Below, one piece after another: positions 52,010-64,000 of a DNA stretch of 64,000 nt. Source of the stretch: Octopus sinensis (Eukaryota); assembly GCF_006345805.1 (NCBI RefSeq), contig NC_043012.1, positions 35,216,001 to 35,280,000 on the forward strand. The letters run 5' to 3'. A program made the translations under genes and the position numbers. The notes below the pieces were generated by a model. The model made no database searches. It had not been told where the DNA came from and was given only the letters and a program-made list of their open reading frames with translations. Numbering within the stretch: the stretch's first letter is position 1; each line of letters starts with the position of its first letter.

Positions 52010-54958
52010 TGTGGTCTGATCAATAAGTATCCGGACTGTTGCTATAGTAACGAAGCTAAAGCACGCAGAATGAAGCTGCTAGGCACAGATTGACCTTGAA
52101 CTCCGCTGTGCATGCGCATTAAGTTTTAATGTTCTAGCTCACTTCCACTGTTTACAGCAGTGCTTGGAAGGAAGGTGTGTAGCGTGTGATCATCACATTG
52201 ACCATGACAGAGAAAGTTGAGCAGAGAATCTGCATCAAATTTTGCCAAAAGCTTGGCGATACCTGCTCAGAGGCCTACACAAAACTTTCGAAAAGTTTTC
52301 ATCGTTCTCGACACAATCAAGGAGATCTTGTGCAACTGAAACCCGAGTGTCTTTTTGGTCAACTGAAAGCAGTTTTGGCACAAACTTGGCAGACACGCGT
52401 CTCATACCCTGGGTGACGAAGAGGGTTAAACGAGAACGTCGACTCAGAGATATTGTTTGGGCTGAATTCAAAAATCTGGATTCGACTGCAGCTTTTGAGG
52501 TGTACAAAACACGAGACCGAGCCGTGAAAATCGAAAAGAAAGAACTCTTTACTCTTTTTTTTTTTTTTTTTTACTCTTTTTACTTGTTTCAGTCATTTGA
52601 CTGCGGCCATGCTGGTGCACCGCCTTTAGTCGAGCAACTCGACCCCGGGACTTATTCTTTGTAAGCCCAGTACTTATTCTATCGGTCTCTTTTGCCGAAC
52701 CGCTAAGTGACGGGGACGTAAACACACCAGCATCGGTTGTCAAGCAATGCTAGGGGAATAAACAGACACACAAACATATTCACACACACTTACATATATA
52801 TATACATATATACGACAGACTTCTTTCAGTTTCCGTCTACCAAATCCACTCACAAGGCATTGGTCGGCCCGGGGCTATAGCAGAAGACACTTGCCCAAGA
52901 TGCCACGCAGTGGGACTGAACCCGGAACCATGTGGTTGGTTAGCAAGCTACTTACCAAACAGCCACTCCTGCGGCTTCAGTTATGAATACAAAATCACGG
53001 CAAATGCCAGTAGCAATCCAAAAACCTTCTTTGCCCATGTCCAGCGGAATTCCCGCTTGAACAACCAGATTGCAACGTTGGTAGACTCAACAGGCGTATC
53101 GATTGAGGACCCTTATCAACAGAGTCAATTATTTGCCGCGGCTTTTTCAACTATTTTCAAACAAGATGATGGTCGTGAACCCCCTCCATTTGATAGATCG
53201 GTACCTCCAATGCTTCGATTGGTCATCACGCGGGACGAAGTCAAACGTGTTATTCAAGGCCTCGATGTCAACAAGGGTCACGGCCCTGACGGCATACACC
53301 CACGGGTTATCAAAGCGTTGGCTCCGGTCATCTGCGAGCCCTTAACGCGACTATTCAATATGTCATTGGCGACGGGTGTTATACCTGCAGACTGGAGAAC
53401 AGCGATAATCTGCCCAATTTTCAAGAAAGGGAGCCGCGAAGACCCGCTTAACTACCGACCGGTTTCCCTTACATCAATAATCAGCAAGATGTTCGAAACC
53501 ATCCTTAAGAAAAGTATGATGCTCCACCTCCTAAACACAGCCTCTATCTCTGATTCCTAACACGGCTTCGTGCCGAAGAGATCATGCTTGACCAACTTAC
53601 TAGTAATGGAAGAATTGGTGACGCGCATCCTCGATGATAGTGATGCTGTTGACATTGTTTTACTGGACTTTGCCAAAGCTTTTGACTCGGTAAACCACCG
53701 CCTATTACTTGTCAAGCTTCAGGCATATAGTTTCCATCCGGATATTGTACGATGGGTTGGTGCCTTCCTCTCAGATCGCTCCTTCCAAGTCCAAGTTAAT
53801 GGTTCGCGGTCCGACGTCTCCAGTGCGAGCAGTGGCGTGCCTCAAGGTTCAGTGCTTGGGCCCTTGTTGTTCTTAGTCTTCATAAATGACTTGCCCGACG
53901 ACCTCACGCAACACACCCTTCTATTTGCCGACGATATCAAACTGGTCGCTCCTCGCGGTAATATAGAGGATCTTCGTCGATGCCTCCACCAAATTTGGAA
54001 GTGGTCTAACGATTGGGACCTGTGTCTGAACGTGTCAAAGTGCTGTCATCTGCCTGTCGGCTCTACTCCTGCAACTCAACTTGATTTCGAGCCGGGTCGT
54101 CTGCTGCTGGAGAGGACCGATCAGGTAAAGGACCTAGGTATCTTGGTGGATTCCTCCTTTTCGCCTTCGGCCCAGTGCGTCCATGCTGCCAACAAAGCAC
54201 GCGGAATTCTGTTCTTGATTCGACGGTCATTCGGAATGCTCACAGCAGCCATATTCCTACCACTCTATGTCACGCTGGTGAGACCCATATTGGAGTATGG
54301 GATTCAAGCCTCTTCTCCTTATCTCCTCAAAGACATACAGCATCTCGAAAGAGTCCAGAAGCTGGCTACCCGCATGGTTCATGGTCTCAAAAATTTGTCC
54401 TACGAAGAAAGGCTGAGGACGCTCGACCTTTATTCTCTTGAAAAACGCCGCCGCCGTAGTGATCTCATTCTCGCCCACAACATCATAAGCGGAAAGTGTA
54501 ACCTCTCGAAAGAGCTGTTCTTCACTCCTGCTCCAGAGCGTCGGCTGCGGGGTCATTCCGAAAAGCTCTACCTGCGACGATTTCATCTCAATCGAAGGAG
54601 AGGAGCTTTCTCCGTCCGGGTTGCGGATCCGTGGAGCAAGCTGCCAGACGAGATGGTAAAGATGCCGACGACCTCAAGTGGCCTAAACTCTTTACATGAA
54701 CACCACCCTGTACTTAACTCCATGTCCCCCTACATGGCCTTGCTATTTGCTTTTGAGCCAAATTAACTAACTAACATACCCAAATCTTCAGTGATAATGG
54801 ACTAAACTGAACCGTAATTAATCTGCACATCCTCTGATAACTCACGGATGGTGCATATACAGCAGAGTTCAAGGTCAATTTGTGCCAAGCGGCTTTACCC
54901 TACATGCTTTAGTTTTGTTACTATGAATATAGTCCGGATACTTATTGATCAAACCTCG
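52010..54958. mobile_element. Mariner derivative with long inverted ends, carrying a nested SINE and LINE
   Basis: TA|tgtggtctgatcaataagtatccggact versus agtccggatacttattgatcaaacctcg|TA; MTEKVEQRICIKFCQKLG on +; RRVSAKFVPKLLSVDQK..VAQDLL on - (52290-52415). Confidence 0.8.
52974..54775 (+). pseudogene. 5'-truncated CR1-clade LINE, near-intact reverse transcriptase (one in-frame stop at 53558-53560)
   Basis: GPDGIHPR, IFKKGS..NYRPVSLTS, S*HGF, DFAKAFDSV, GVPQGSVLGPLLF, FADD, LEYG..ERVQ, RLRGHSEKL..FSVRV; (TAAC)n tail. Confidence 0.95.
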
Positions 54959-55920
54959 TACATACATATATGCATGTTTACTTGTTTCTGTCTTCGGACT
55001 GCTGCCATGCTGGAGCAGCGCCTTGAAGGGCTTTTTGTTGCACAAATCCACTCCCGCATTTCTGTTTTCTAAAAGAACTGCTGCATATTCTATTGGTCCG
55101 TTTTGCCGAACCACTAAGTTACGATCGCGTATACAAACCAACGGCGGTTGTCAAGCGAGTGAGTGAATGGCAATGAACAGATTTCGGTCTACCGTATTAA
55201 AGCGCACCATTGAGTCATAAAGGAAACAGTTTTTCCTTTGAGAAGTGTTTCTCCTATAAATTATTTCAACAACCACCCTGTCACTTATTACGTCCTGATG
55301 TGGTTTTTTGACGCAAACTCTCTTATTTAATCAACTTCTCACGAATAGAATTTCCGTGAAAAATATTGTGCAATAATAGCTTTTGCGAATCGATGACGCA
55401 ATGTCGATGACTTCATAAAAAACAGAAAGAAAAAAACATAATAGTCGCAGATATTTAAACATTCTTAGATTAAAATTTTTTTAATGTAAGCATTCATTTT
55501 ATACGTGTTTTTATCCGTATTTCTGTTCATTGATATCAAATTCACACGTCCTTATAATGGATTTCGAACAAAAGCCTTTACATTAAAATGGCTCACAACA
55601 AAAGCTTCTTCAATAAACTCGCATTCATTGAGTAATCTCCCGGAAGCGGCAGTCATTAGAGCACCAGATAGATTGCCTTTGAGGTAACTATTTCCACTCC
55701 CTGCTCTCTGAGTTCGAATTACGTCGAGGTCAACTTTGCTTTTCATTCTCTCGGGGCCGATAAATAAAGTACCAGTCTTGTAATGGGTCGAGTCTTCTCT
55801 TTCTTTTACTCTTTCTTTCTGTCTCTCACTTTATCTCTCTCCTCTAAGAAATTGGCTGGGCTCAAACCCGGAGTGGGGTTAGTTCCACCGGGTTTAAAAT
55901 ATTCAAAGACTCACTGTATG

Positions 55921-56400
55921 TAAATTCCGACTTCGGCGGAATTTGAACTCAGAACGTAACGGCAGACGAAATACCTATTTCTTTATTACCCACAAGGGGC
56001 TAAACACAGAGGGGACAAACAAGGACAGACAGACGGATTAAGTCGATTATATCGACCCCAGTGCGTAACTGGTACTTATTTAATCGACCCCGAAAGGATG
56101 AAAGGCAAAGTCGACTTCGGCGGAATTTGAACTCAGAACGTAGCGGCAGACGAAATACCTATTTCTTTCCTACCCACAAGGGGCTAAACACTGAGAGGAC
56201 AAACAAGGACAGACATAGGTATTAAGTCGATTACATCGACCCCAGTGCATAACTGGTACTTATTTAATCGACCGCGAAAGGATGAAAGGCAAAGTGGACC
56301 TCGGCGGAATTTGAACTCAGTACGTAGCGGCAGACGAAATACCGCTAAGCATTTCGCCCGACCTCCTAATATTTCTTCTGCCAGCTCGCCGCCTTACAAT
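55921..56400 (-). mobile_element. Second head-to-tail SINE family A multimer (head + 2 bodies + partial)
   Basis: Junction gaaatacc|tatttc at ~55975 and ~56159; head at 56336-56397. Confidence 0.9.
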
Positions 56401-56671
56401 ATAAACATAACAATGTAATATAATATATAATTTAACTTGATTAGACCCAAACCGTTTCCGATCCGTGAAATGTCCTTCACCAGGATATTTTAATAAATTG
56501 AGTTGTTTTCTTTTGGATTTTGATTGACACAAATCTCCACATAAACTGTTCCGTCACATTTCGCATTTTAATTTGTAGAAACTACTCATTGCATGGCGGC
56601 GTTGAAAATCCTTACGGCAGCTTTCTTCTCAGGCTGAACGAATATCGGATACACCATACTATATATATATA

Positions 56672-56731
<60 letters not shown>

Positions 56732-59700
56732 TATCTCTCTCTTACTCTCTCTCATAGAAACACGTCATAGGTGTCCGTCAGCATCCGGCTAAGACCATTT
56801 CCTAGGTTTCTAAACTGACAACTTACTGACGTCCCCAGCCTTGCAACACAACAATTCTTGTCGTCCAATAACAACTCAATTCTGTTATGTAATAACAATG
56901 ATGATAATAACAACAACAACAAGTGTAATAATGTAAATGGCTGTGTTTGACATAAACCGGATATGATGTCAATAAGGTCTCACTCGCTCCTCTTGTAACG
57001 GCTTTATAATATTCTTTGCAGAAGAGAAAGATATACAGGATGTCACCTGTATAGGGTGTATCGTTGGTGCCAATGCACCGGTGTTTGGAGCATATTATAC
57101 TGTGAAACTTATGGTGCGGTTATATATTTCTTTACTGCCCTCAAGGGGACAAACAAGGACAGACAAAGGGATTAAGTCGATTACATCGACCCCAGTGCGA
57201 AACTGGTACTTTATTTATCGACTACGAAAGGATGAAAGGCAAAGTCGACCTCGGTGGAATTTGAACTCAGAACGTAACGACAGCCGAAATACCGCTAAGC
57301 ATTTCGTCCGGCGCGCTAACGTTTCTGCCAGCTCGCCGCCTTAGGTGCGGTTATATATTATCATTGGGTATATAGTAAATGGTGTAGAGTGCTTGATGAA
57401 ATATATAGAGGCAGAGGAGATATATTGATTGGCTAGCTTGATAGAACCTGCTTCTTTGCAGGGTAATACACATACATATATGCATACATACATTGAAGAC
57501 GAAAGTATCACCAGCGAATGAGTAACATGTACCACGCTTTCGCTAATTGTTTTAGTGCCTAGGCAGTCACGTGAAAACATATGCTCTCGTCTCTCCAAAG
57601 GTTTGACCCAGCGGCGGCTGGGTCAAATTGAAGGAGAGTGAGAGTTGCACTAAAACTCGGCTGGTATTCGTTTTCAGCTGGGTAGATTGAATGAAGTGCC
57701 TTGCTTAAGGATACAATGAGCCTCTTGATCAAGGAAGTGAACGCACGACATTATTATCGTGAACCAAACACTCAAAGCAATAGACCGTGCGTTTTCATAT
57801 ACATCCATGCCTAGATACATGCATACGTGCATATATATATATGTGTGTGTGTATATATATTTATATATGCGTGTATATATAAGCATGTATGTATATTAGC
57901 ATACACACATATGTACAAGCATACAGACACGTGCATATATTATCAATATGTTAATGTATGCGTGTATACACACGCTGATTTTAAAGAATGGGCGCTTAAG
58001 TACTCAATACCCTAGAAGTCTGTGGTATATTGTAGACCAAAATATTTTGTTGTCCTTGATGATTATATTGTGAGGAAAGACCGTCTCTGGAGTTTCTAAG
58101 ATGTTCTACATGCCAACTGGCAGAGAATTAGCGACGTTGGTGGGGTAGACTAAAATCTTGAAAGACCTGGACTGGTTCATTGAAGACGATACCCAGCTTT
58201 TGTGGTTTAATCTTTAGTCAGTCCTGATCCAACGAATTTATGATTAAAGACGTTTGAACAGTAACGTTGCGGTTTTTTTTTAAATTTTAGATTGAAACGA
58301 TCTTCCGGTAGAATTGGATATTAAACATCTCCAGGATGTTGATGCCTCGTCTGTATTCGAACCACGCTTCATTATCATACAAAGAAGTGGATACACTGAC
58401 TAATCGGTAGAAGGAGAAGTTTTTTCTTTTTGTGAACGAGGAGACGTTTGTTCAAAACGTCAAACTTTCTGCCTCATTCTAAGGAAACAAAAGATTTTCG
58501 GTGGCGGCTACGGTTGACTTGCTGCTCCTTAGAAATCCTACCTCCTTTAAAATCTGAATCAGAAGTCTGTCTAGGTGTTGCTGTTGTTGTTGTTGAGAAA
58601 GAGGACAAGGAAGAAGAAGAAGAGGATGGTGTTGCAGTTTTCCATTGGCGAATGTTATTCTTTTAGAATCGGTAGAGCATCGGATTTTGTTCCAGTTTTT
58701 TTACGTTCTATGTTCAAATCTTTCGGAAGTGAACTTTGCCTTGCATCCTTTCGGAGTCGATAGCATATATGTACCAGTACCAGTCACATACTGGGTAATT
58801 TATTCGAATATTTTCTCCTCTCTTCGAGCCTAAATAAAACAATAATTCTTTTATTTATTTCAGTTAGTGGACTGCGGCCATGCTGGGGCACCACTTTGAA
58901 GTGTTTCGTCGACTTAATCGAGCGAGGTATTTATTTAAAGTCTGTAACTTTTTCTATTGTCACTTTTTGCTGAACCGCTAAGTTACGGGCAACGTGAACA
59001 AGTCAACATCACTGGTCAAGTGGTGAGAGACTGACATATATGCAAAGGCTCATACACATACGACGGGCTTCCGCGCAGTTTCCGTCAACCAATTTCACTC
59101 ACAAACATCAGTCAACTCGGAACTATAGTAGAAGACGTTTGCCCCAGGTGCTGCACAGTGAGACTGAAAACAAGACCATGTGCTTCCGAAGCAAACTGGT
59201 TAGCCACACAACCATGCCTTCACAATACATCAAGTACATTCTGTCCTTACGTTCTGAGTTCAAATTCCGCCGAGGTCGACTTTGCCTTTCACCCTTTCGG
59301 GATCGATAAATTAAGTACCAGTTGCGTACTGGGGTCGATCTAATCGACTGGCCCCTCCCCCCAAATTTCGGGTCTTGTGCCTAGAGTAGAAAAGAATACA
59401 TCAAGTATCTGCTTGCCGTTGGTGTCGCCACTGTTGTCGTCGTGGCTGTTGTTGTTTAGACCCCGGTCAGTTCTCGTCCTGCCATTAAACCTAAGATCAA
59501 AGACCTTAATAACCATAACTACACTAATCAACATGTCTTTATGTTTTAATTCAATAATGTGTGATTTAAGAGAATGGTTTGGCTGTTATATCTAGCTTAT
59601 GAACCGATCGCACACTAGCACCGTCCTTGCTTTCGTAAGACTCAGAGTAACCTGGAACGGTAAAAGGAACCAGATTTAAAAGAACATGCAACCAGCGCCA

Positions 59701-62134
59701 CGCGGTGGGCGACGGAGGTGTGTTGTGAGGGGACATGACCCAGTTGTGAGTCTAAAACAGACGCCCGAAGATTGATAGGTGACGAACTGCAGAAGATCTT
59801 CAAATATAAGAGGACGTTCTTAACATATGGGGGCAATGTATTTGGGACTGAAATAGGGGTTTTAAAAAAGGGACTTTCGAATTAACACCGGCCATTGGAT
59901 TCGATGCAGAGAGGGAAAATGTCTGCAAAAATAACGAAAGGCAAAAGACCTACATACCGGGAGTTGAGTGCAGAGTGTGTTGTGTTTGTTTGTATGTATG
60001 TATGTATGTATGTATGTATGTATGTATGTATGCATGTATGTATGTATGTATGTAAATTCATACATATATATGTATATATATGTACGTGGATATACGTATG
60101 TGTATATATATGTATATATATGTATGTAGGTATACATATGTGTATATATATGTATATATATGTATGTGTATATGTATATGTGTATATATATATTTGTATA
60201 TATACATGCATATATATATATATGCACACACACACACACACACACGTACACATATACATGCAAACTCACACATACATTCATACAAACAGTCGTACGTGTG
60301 TGCGTAAGTGTGTGTGTGTGTGAATATTTAAAGAAGGAAACAGGTTTATGACAAAGGCAGAAGTCAGGTCTCTGGGTGAGAAACTACAATGTGTGCAATG
60401 TACACACGTATCCGTGCATGTGTGTGTGCGTGTGTGTGCTTGTAAGTGTTTGTGTGAGAGGAAGAGGTGGGGTGTCGGTGTTGTCGTCGATGCAATGGCA
60501 ACTGAGATGTTTTAATCTGGATAAATGGAAAAAAAAAAAACTAAAAATTAAATCATAATAAAATCAAATATAAAAAAAAGAAAAAATATAGAAGAAAAAA
60601 TTAAAGAATTACTTCTTTGGAATAAAAAATATAAAAATCCTTCTCACATGGACACATGAACGTTTAAAGAGAGAGAAGTGGGGCGGGGGGGGGGTTAGAC
60701 TGTTAATTATGTAATATAATTAGAATAAGTAATTAATTCAATTGTTAATTAGCAGTGGAGATCAGAAGTACTTCTAGAAAGAGACGTTTGGTCTAATTGC
60801 CGATATAAATAGCTGGAAGTATCTAGGTCGGTTTGGTTAGTATATCGCCGTTGGTGGTGCTGTTGTCGTTGTTGTTGTTGTTGTGAGGCTAAGACCGGCC
60901 ACGTCTTGATCGGGCAGACCTATGATCAACGAGTCCAGCCATGACCATCGCGCATATTTTGAGTCCCAAGAAGAGATTATAGTGTCTTAAGTAGGCATGG
61001 ATAACCCTTTTTCGAGAAGGGAGCCGCTCTACTAACAAAATAATTTCAAAGCAATTTTTTGTTAGGCTTACCATTCAGAAAGTCCCACGGGCCGCACTTT
61101 GCCTATGGCTGGTCTAAAGGATAGTCTTCTTGAAGGTGCCAGCGTGTACAGTAACCTAGCTAATGAGAGGGAGATGAGCCATGGGGAGGGGGGATCGTAT
61201 CCGGGTGACATTTTTATGGGGGCGGCACTTTGCGTCTGTTGTATAAACTTGTCTTGGTTGTATTGCCTGAGGGTGGGGAGCTCAAGGACTGTCCCGGGTG
61301 CCACACACACACACTTTGGTAATGCCATTGATGAACATGTGATTTGAAAGATATTTAGCAATCCTGATTGTCGTTGTTGTTTAACCCCAGGTCAGTCTTG
61401 ATCGAGCAAATCAGTGAACAAAGACACCCTAGCCGTGGCCACAACACCTCTTTGAACATATTGCTCAATTTTGAGCATTTATTTATGGCGCTAACGTATG
61501 AGATGAAATTATAATTGTTGTTGTTGTGGTTGTTAGGCAACAAGACGTACATCTCGATCGGGCAGACCTATGATCAAAGCCATTCCAGCCATGACCATCC
61601 TGTCTTTTAGCTCTCCGTGCAGAGAACACAAAACTGTTTTGTCCAACGTATCCTTTTCTAAGACGACAAGGAGTGATTTGATGGAAGCTGGTTGCTATGT
61701 CTAACCAAATTAATCCCTATGCAGAGATCTCTAGTTGTGTGTGACGTCAGACATGGATCAATCACAAGTCAGAATCCCAATATTTGGATCAGCGTGCTTC
61801 GTGTGTCTGGATCAAGGATCTGATCCTCCAGTGTGGGAAAGTTTTTTTTTTCTTTTTATTATAGACAGAGGGTTTGAAATTTGTAGGAGGAGGGGGGGAC
61901 AAATCGATTGCATTGACCCAAGTACTTGATTGATGCTTATTTTATCGATCACAAAAATAAGAAAATCAAAGTGGACCTCAACAGAATTTAAACCCGGAGA
62001 GTAAAGAGCCGGAAAGAATACTGCTAAGCATTTTGTCCGGCATGCTAACTTCTGCCTACTCAGAGCCTTTTTTGAGAATTAAAAACAAAAAGAAAAGACA
62101 CACACCGACTGCATATTGTAGTTGTTGTTGATTT

Positions 62135-62196
<62 letters not shown>

Positions 62197-63320
62197 TCGT
62201 CTGGTACCTATTTACAGCTGAATAAACTGGCACAACATCAAAATGAAGTTCCTCGTGTGCCTTGCCCAAGGACTTAATTCATTGCCTGAGTGAGCCAGGA
62301 ATCGAACACCCGTTCTTTTTTTTATGAGCTGAACACCTTAAACGCTAGGCCACGTCACTTAATGCTGAGATTAGAAATAATTAATATCCCTCTGGAATCT
62401 ACTTAACCTAGGTATCGAACTCCCAACTGCTCTACTGCTTGGTATAACATTAAATGACCCAAGGAATTGAACCTTAAACTCTAGTTGCGTATTTAGTTTG
62501 ATGTTACAGTGTGTATGTGTATGCATGCAAAGATATCTGTGTGTGTGTGTATGTGTCAGTGTGTGTGTAAGTATGAGTTCGTATGTGTAAGCATGCATTT
62601 GTATGTGTATGTATGTTAGTGTAAGTATATGTGTTTGCGTAAGTGTATGCATGTGTGTGTTCACATGTGTATGTGTGTGTCCTTGAGTATGTATAAGTCT
62701 GTGTGCATGTGTGTAAGTGGGCGCTTTCGTGCGTGTGTATGTGCTTGTGTACGTGTGTCTATGTGCATATGTGTGCGTGTGTGTGTGTGCGCATGTATAT
62801 GTATGTGCGTGTGCATTTGTGTATGTGTGTAAGTGGTGGAGATGGCGGTAGCGATAGTTGCAGTGCGGGATTGAACTGTTACAAGCAGAATTTAAATTTG
62901 ATTTCGCTTTTAATTGTCTCTGTTAATTGGATAAAGTTCAGACGACGACGACGATGATGATGCTTGTGACGATGATGATTATAATGAGGATGATGATATT
63001 GATGGCAATGAAAATGGTGGCGAAAACTACGATGGTAGTGTTAAGAAAAATACTTGATGTAAATCATTTGCTTGCAACTGCAACCTCTATTTAAGATTTT
63101 CATATTGTTAACCCTTAACATCCCGTGAAAAATCTTCTCAGTCAAAATCCCTATTCCTGTGATGAATTCCCTACTGAAGAGAAATGAATGACAAAAGAAG
63201 GAATTAAAGTTTTCTGTTTTAGATTAGAGAGACCCTCACTTCCCTTTTGAAATGAATGTAAACAATGTTAGCACGATTGTTGCGATATCCTGCATTTCGG
63301 GACGAGCTGACTTATATATA

Positions 63321-63503
63321 TATTTCTTTACTACCCACAAGGGGCTAAACACAGAGGGGACAAACAAGGACAGACAAAGGGATTAAGTCGATTACATCGA
63401 CCCCAGTGCGTAACTGGTACTTAATTTATCGACCCCGAAAGGATGAAAGGCAAAGTCGACCTCGGCGGAATTTGAACTCGGAACGTAACGACAGACGAAA
63501 TAC
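63321..63503 (-). mobile_element. Headless 183-nt SINE-A body monomer
   Basis: Begins tatttctttactaccc and ends gacgaaatac, the same limits as the multimer units. Confidence 0.85.
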
Positions 63504-63589
63504 TATCTGAGTTATATAGTCCCGTGCGGTACTGTGTCTTAAGGCAGTTAAGCATCCATTAGATTGTCTTACCGAGTCAGTGTTGTGTT

Positions 63590-63990
63590 GTTATGTTAGG
63601 TGATTATGATAATGTGGTTATGTTAATATGATAGTAGTACTGGGTCTATATGTCAATATATCAAGGATATTGTGCCATTGTGCTTGTTATTGTGTCAATA
63701 TGTTAATGCTAGTGAATCGTGTTATTAAGTTAGTAATATTGTGACAATACGTTAATAATAGCCTGCCAATGTATTTGTGATTTTATGTCAACGTGGTGTC
63801 AATACTGTGATTATATATCAGTGTTATTGTGTCAATATACTCAGTGATATTGTATCGGTATGTTATTGATCTTGTGACAATGTATTAGTGCTTATTGTGT
63901 TAATGTGATATCAATATTGTGTTTATAAATCGGCGTCACTGTGTCGATATGTTAGTAATATTAAGTCAATGTGTTTGTGATATTATACAG
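63590..63990. repeat. Degenerate AT-rich minisatellite (core ~ttgtgtcaata)
   Basis: Repeated tgtgtcaata / tgtgacaata / gtgtcgatat variants. Confidence 0.6.
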
Positions 63991-64000
63991 CTGACTAGGA

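Noticed and set aside
63130-63300. Splice-acceptor-like tracts on both strands (minus: ttcatttctcttcag; plus: ttttctgttttag)
   Set aside because: No convincing donor or recognisable peptide follows; cannot be supported without RNA-seq.

Overview
Eukaryotic, AT-rich, microsatellite-saturated non-genic DNA with one 100-N gap (3859-3958). The SINE families and repeat landscape look like an Octopus/coleoid cephalopod genome (inference from recognition, not a database search). No host protein-coding exon could be supported, and almost all ORFs in the track are translated microsatellites. Real coding remnants are all mobile elements: RTE-type LINE pieces (4.4-5.3k, 11.1-11.55k, 21.3-21.8k), CR1-type LINEs (39.45-40.05k and a near-intact 1.8 kb RT at 52.97-54.78k), R4/Dong-type RLE LINE pieces (41.4-43.3k, 50.4-51.0k), a Penelope-like element with an open RT-thumb plus GIY-YIG frame (46735-47577), Tc1/mariner and hAT derivatives, two Helitron-like ends, MITEs and dozens of tRNA-derived SINEs. 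The main signal that ordinary annotation would miss is a dense set of type I hammerhead ribozyme motifs, about a dozen including degenerate copies. The best are a fully paired hammerhead inside a ~483-bp tandem unit folded back into a ~920-bp palindrome (14.23-15.25k, retrozyme/pLTR-like) and a U3-A8 compensatory-core hammerhead at the 3' end of the Penelope element (48741-48790). Others show recurrent core variants (A6U, U4C). A second signal is head-to-tail SINE multimers built from a 183-184 nt body that always joins at the same base.
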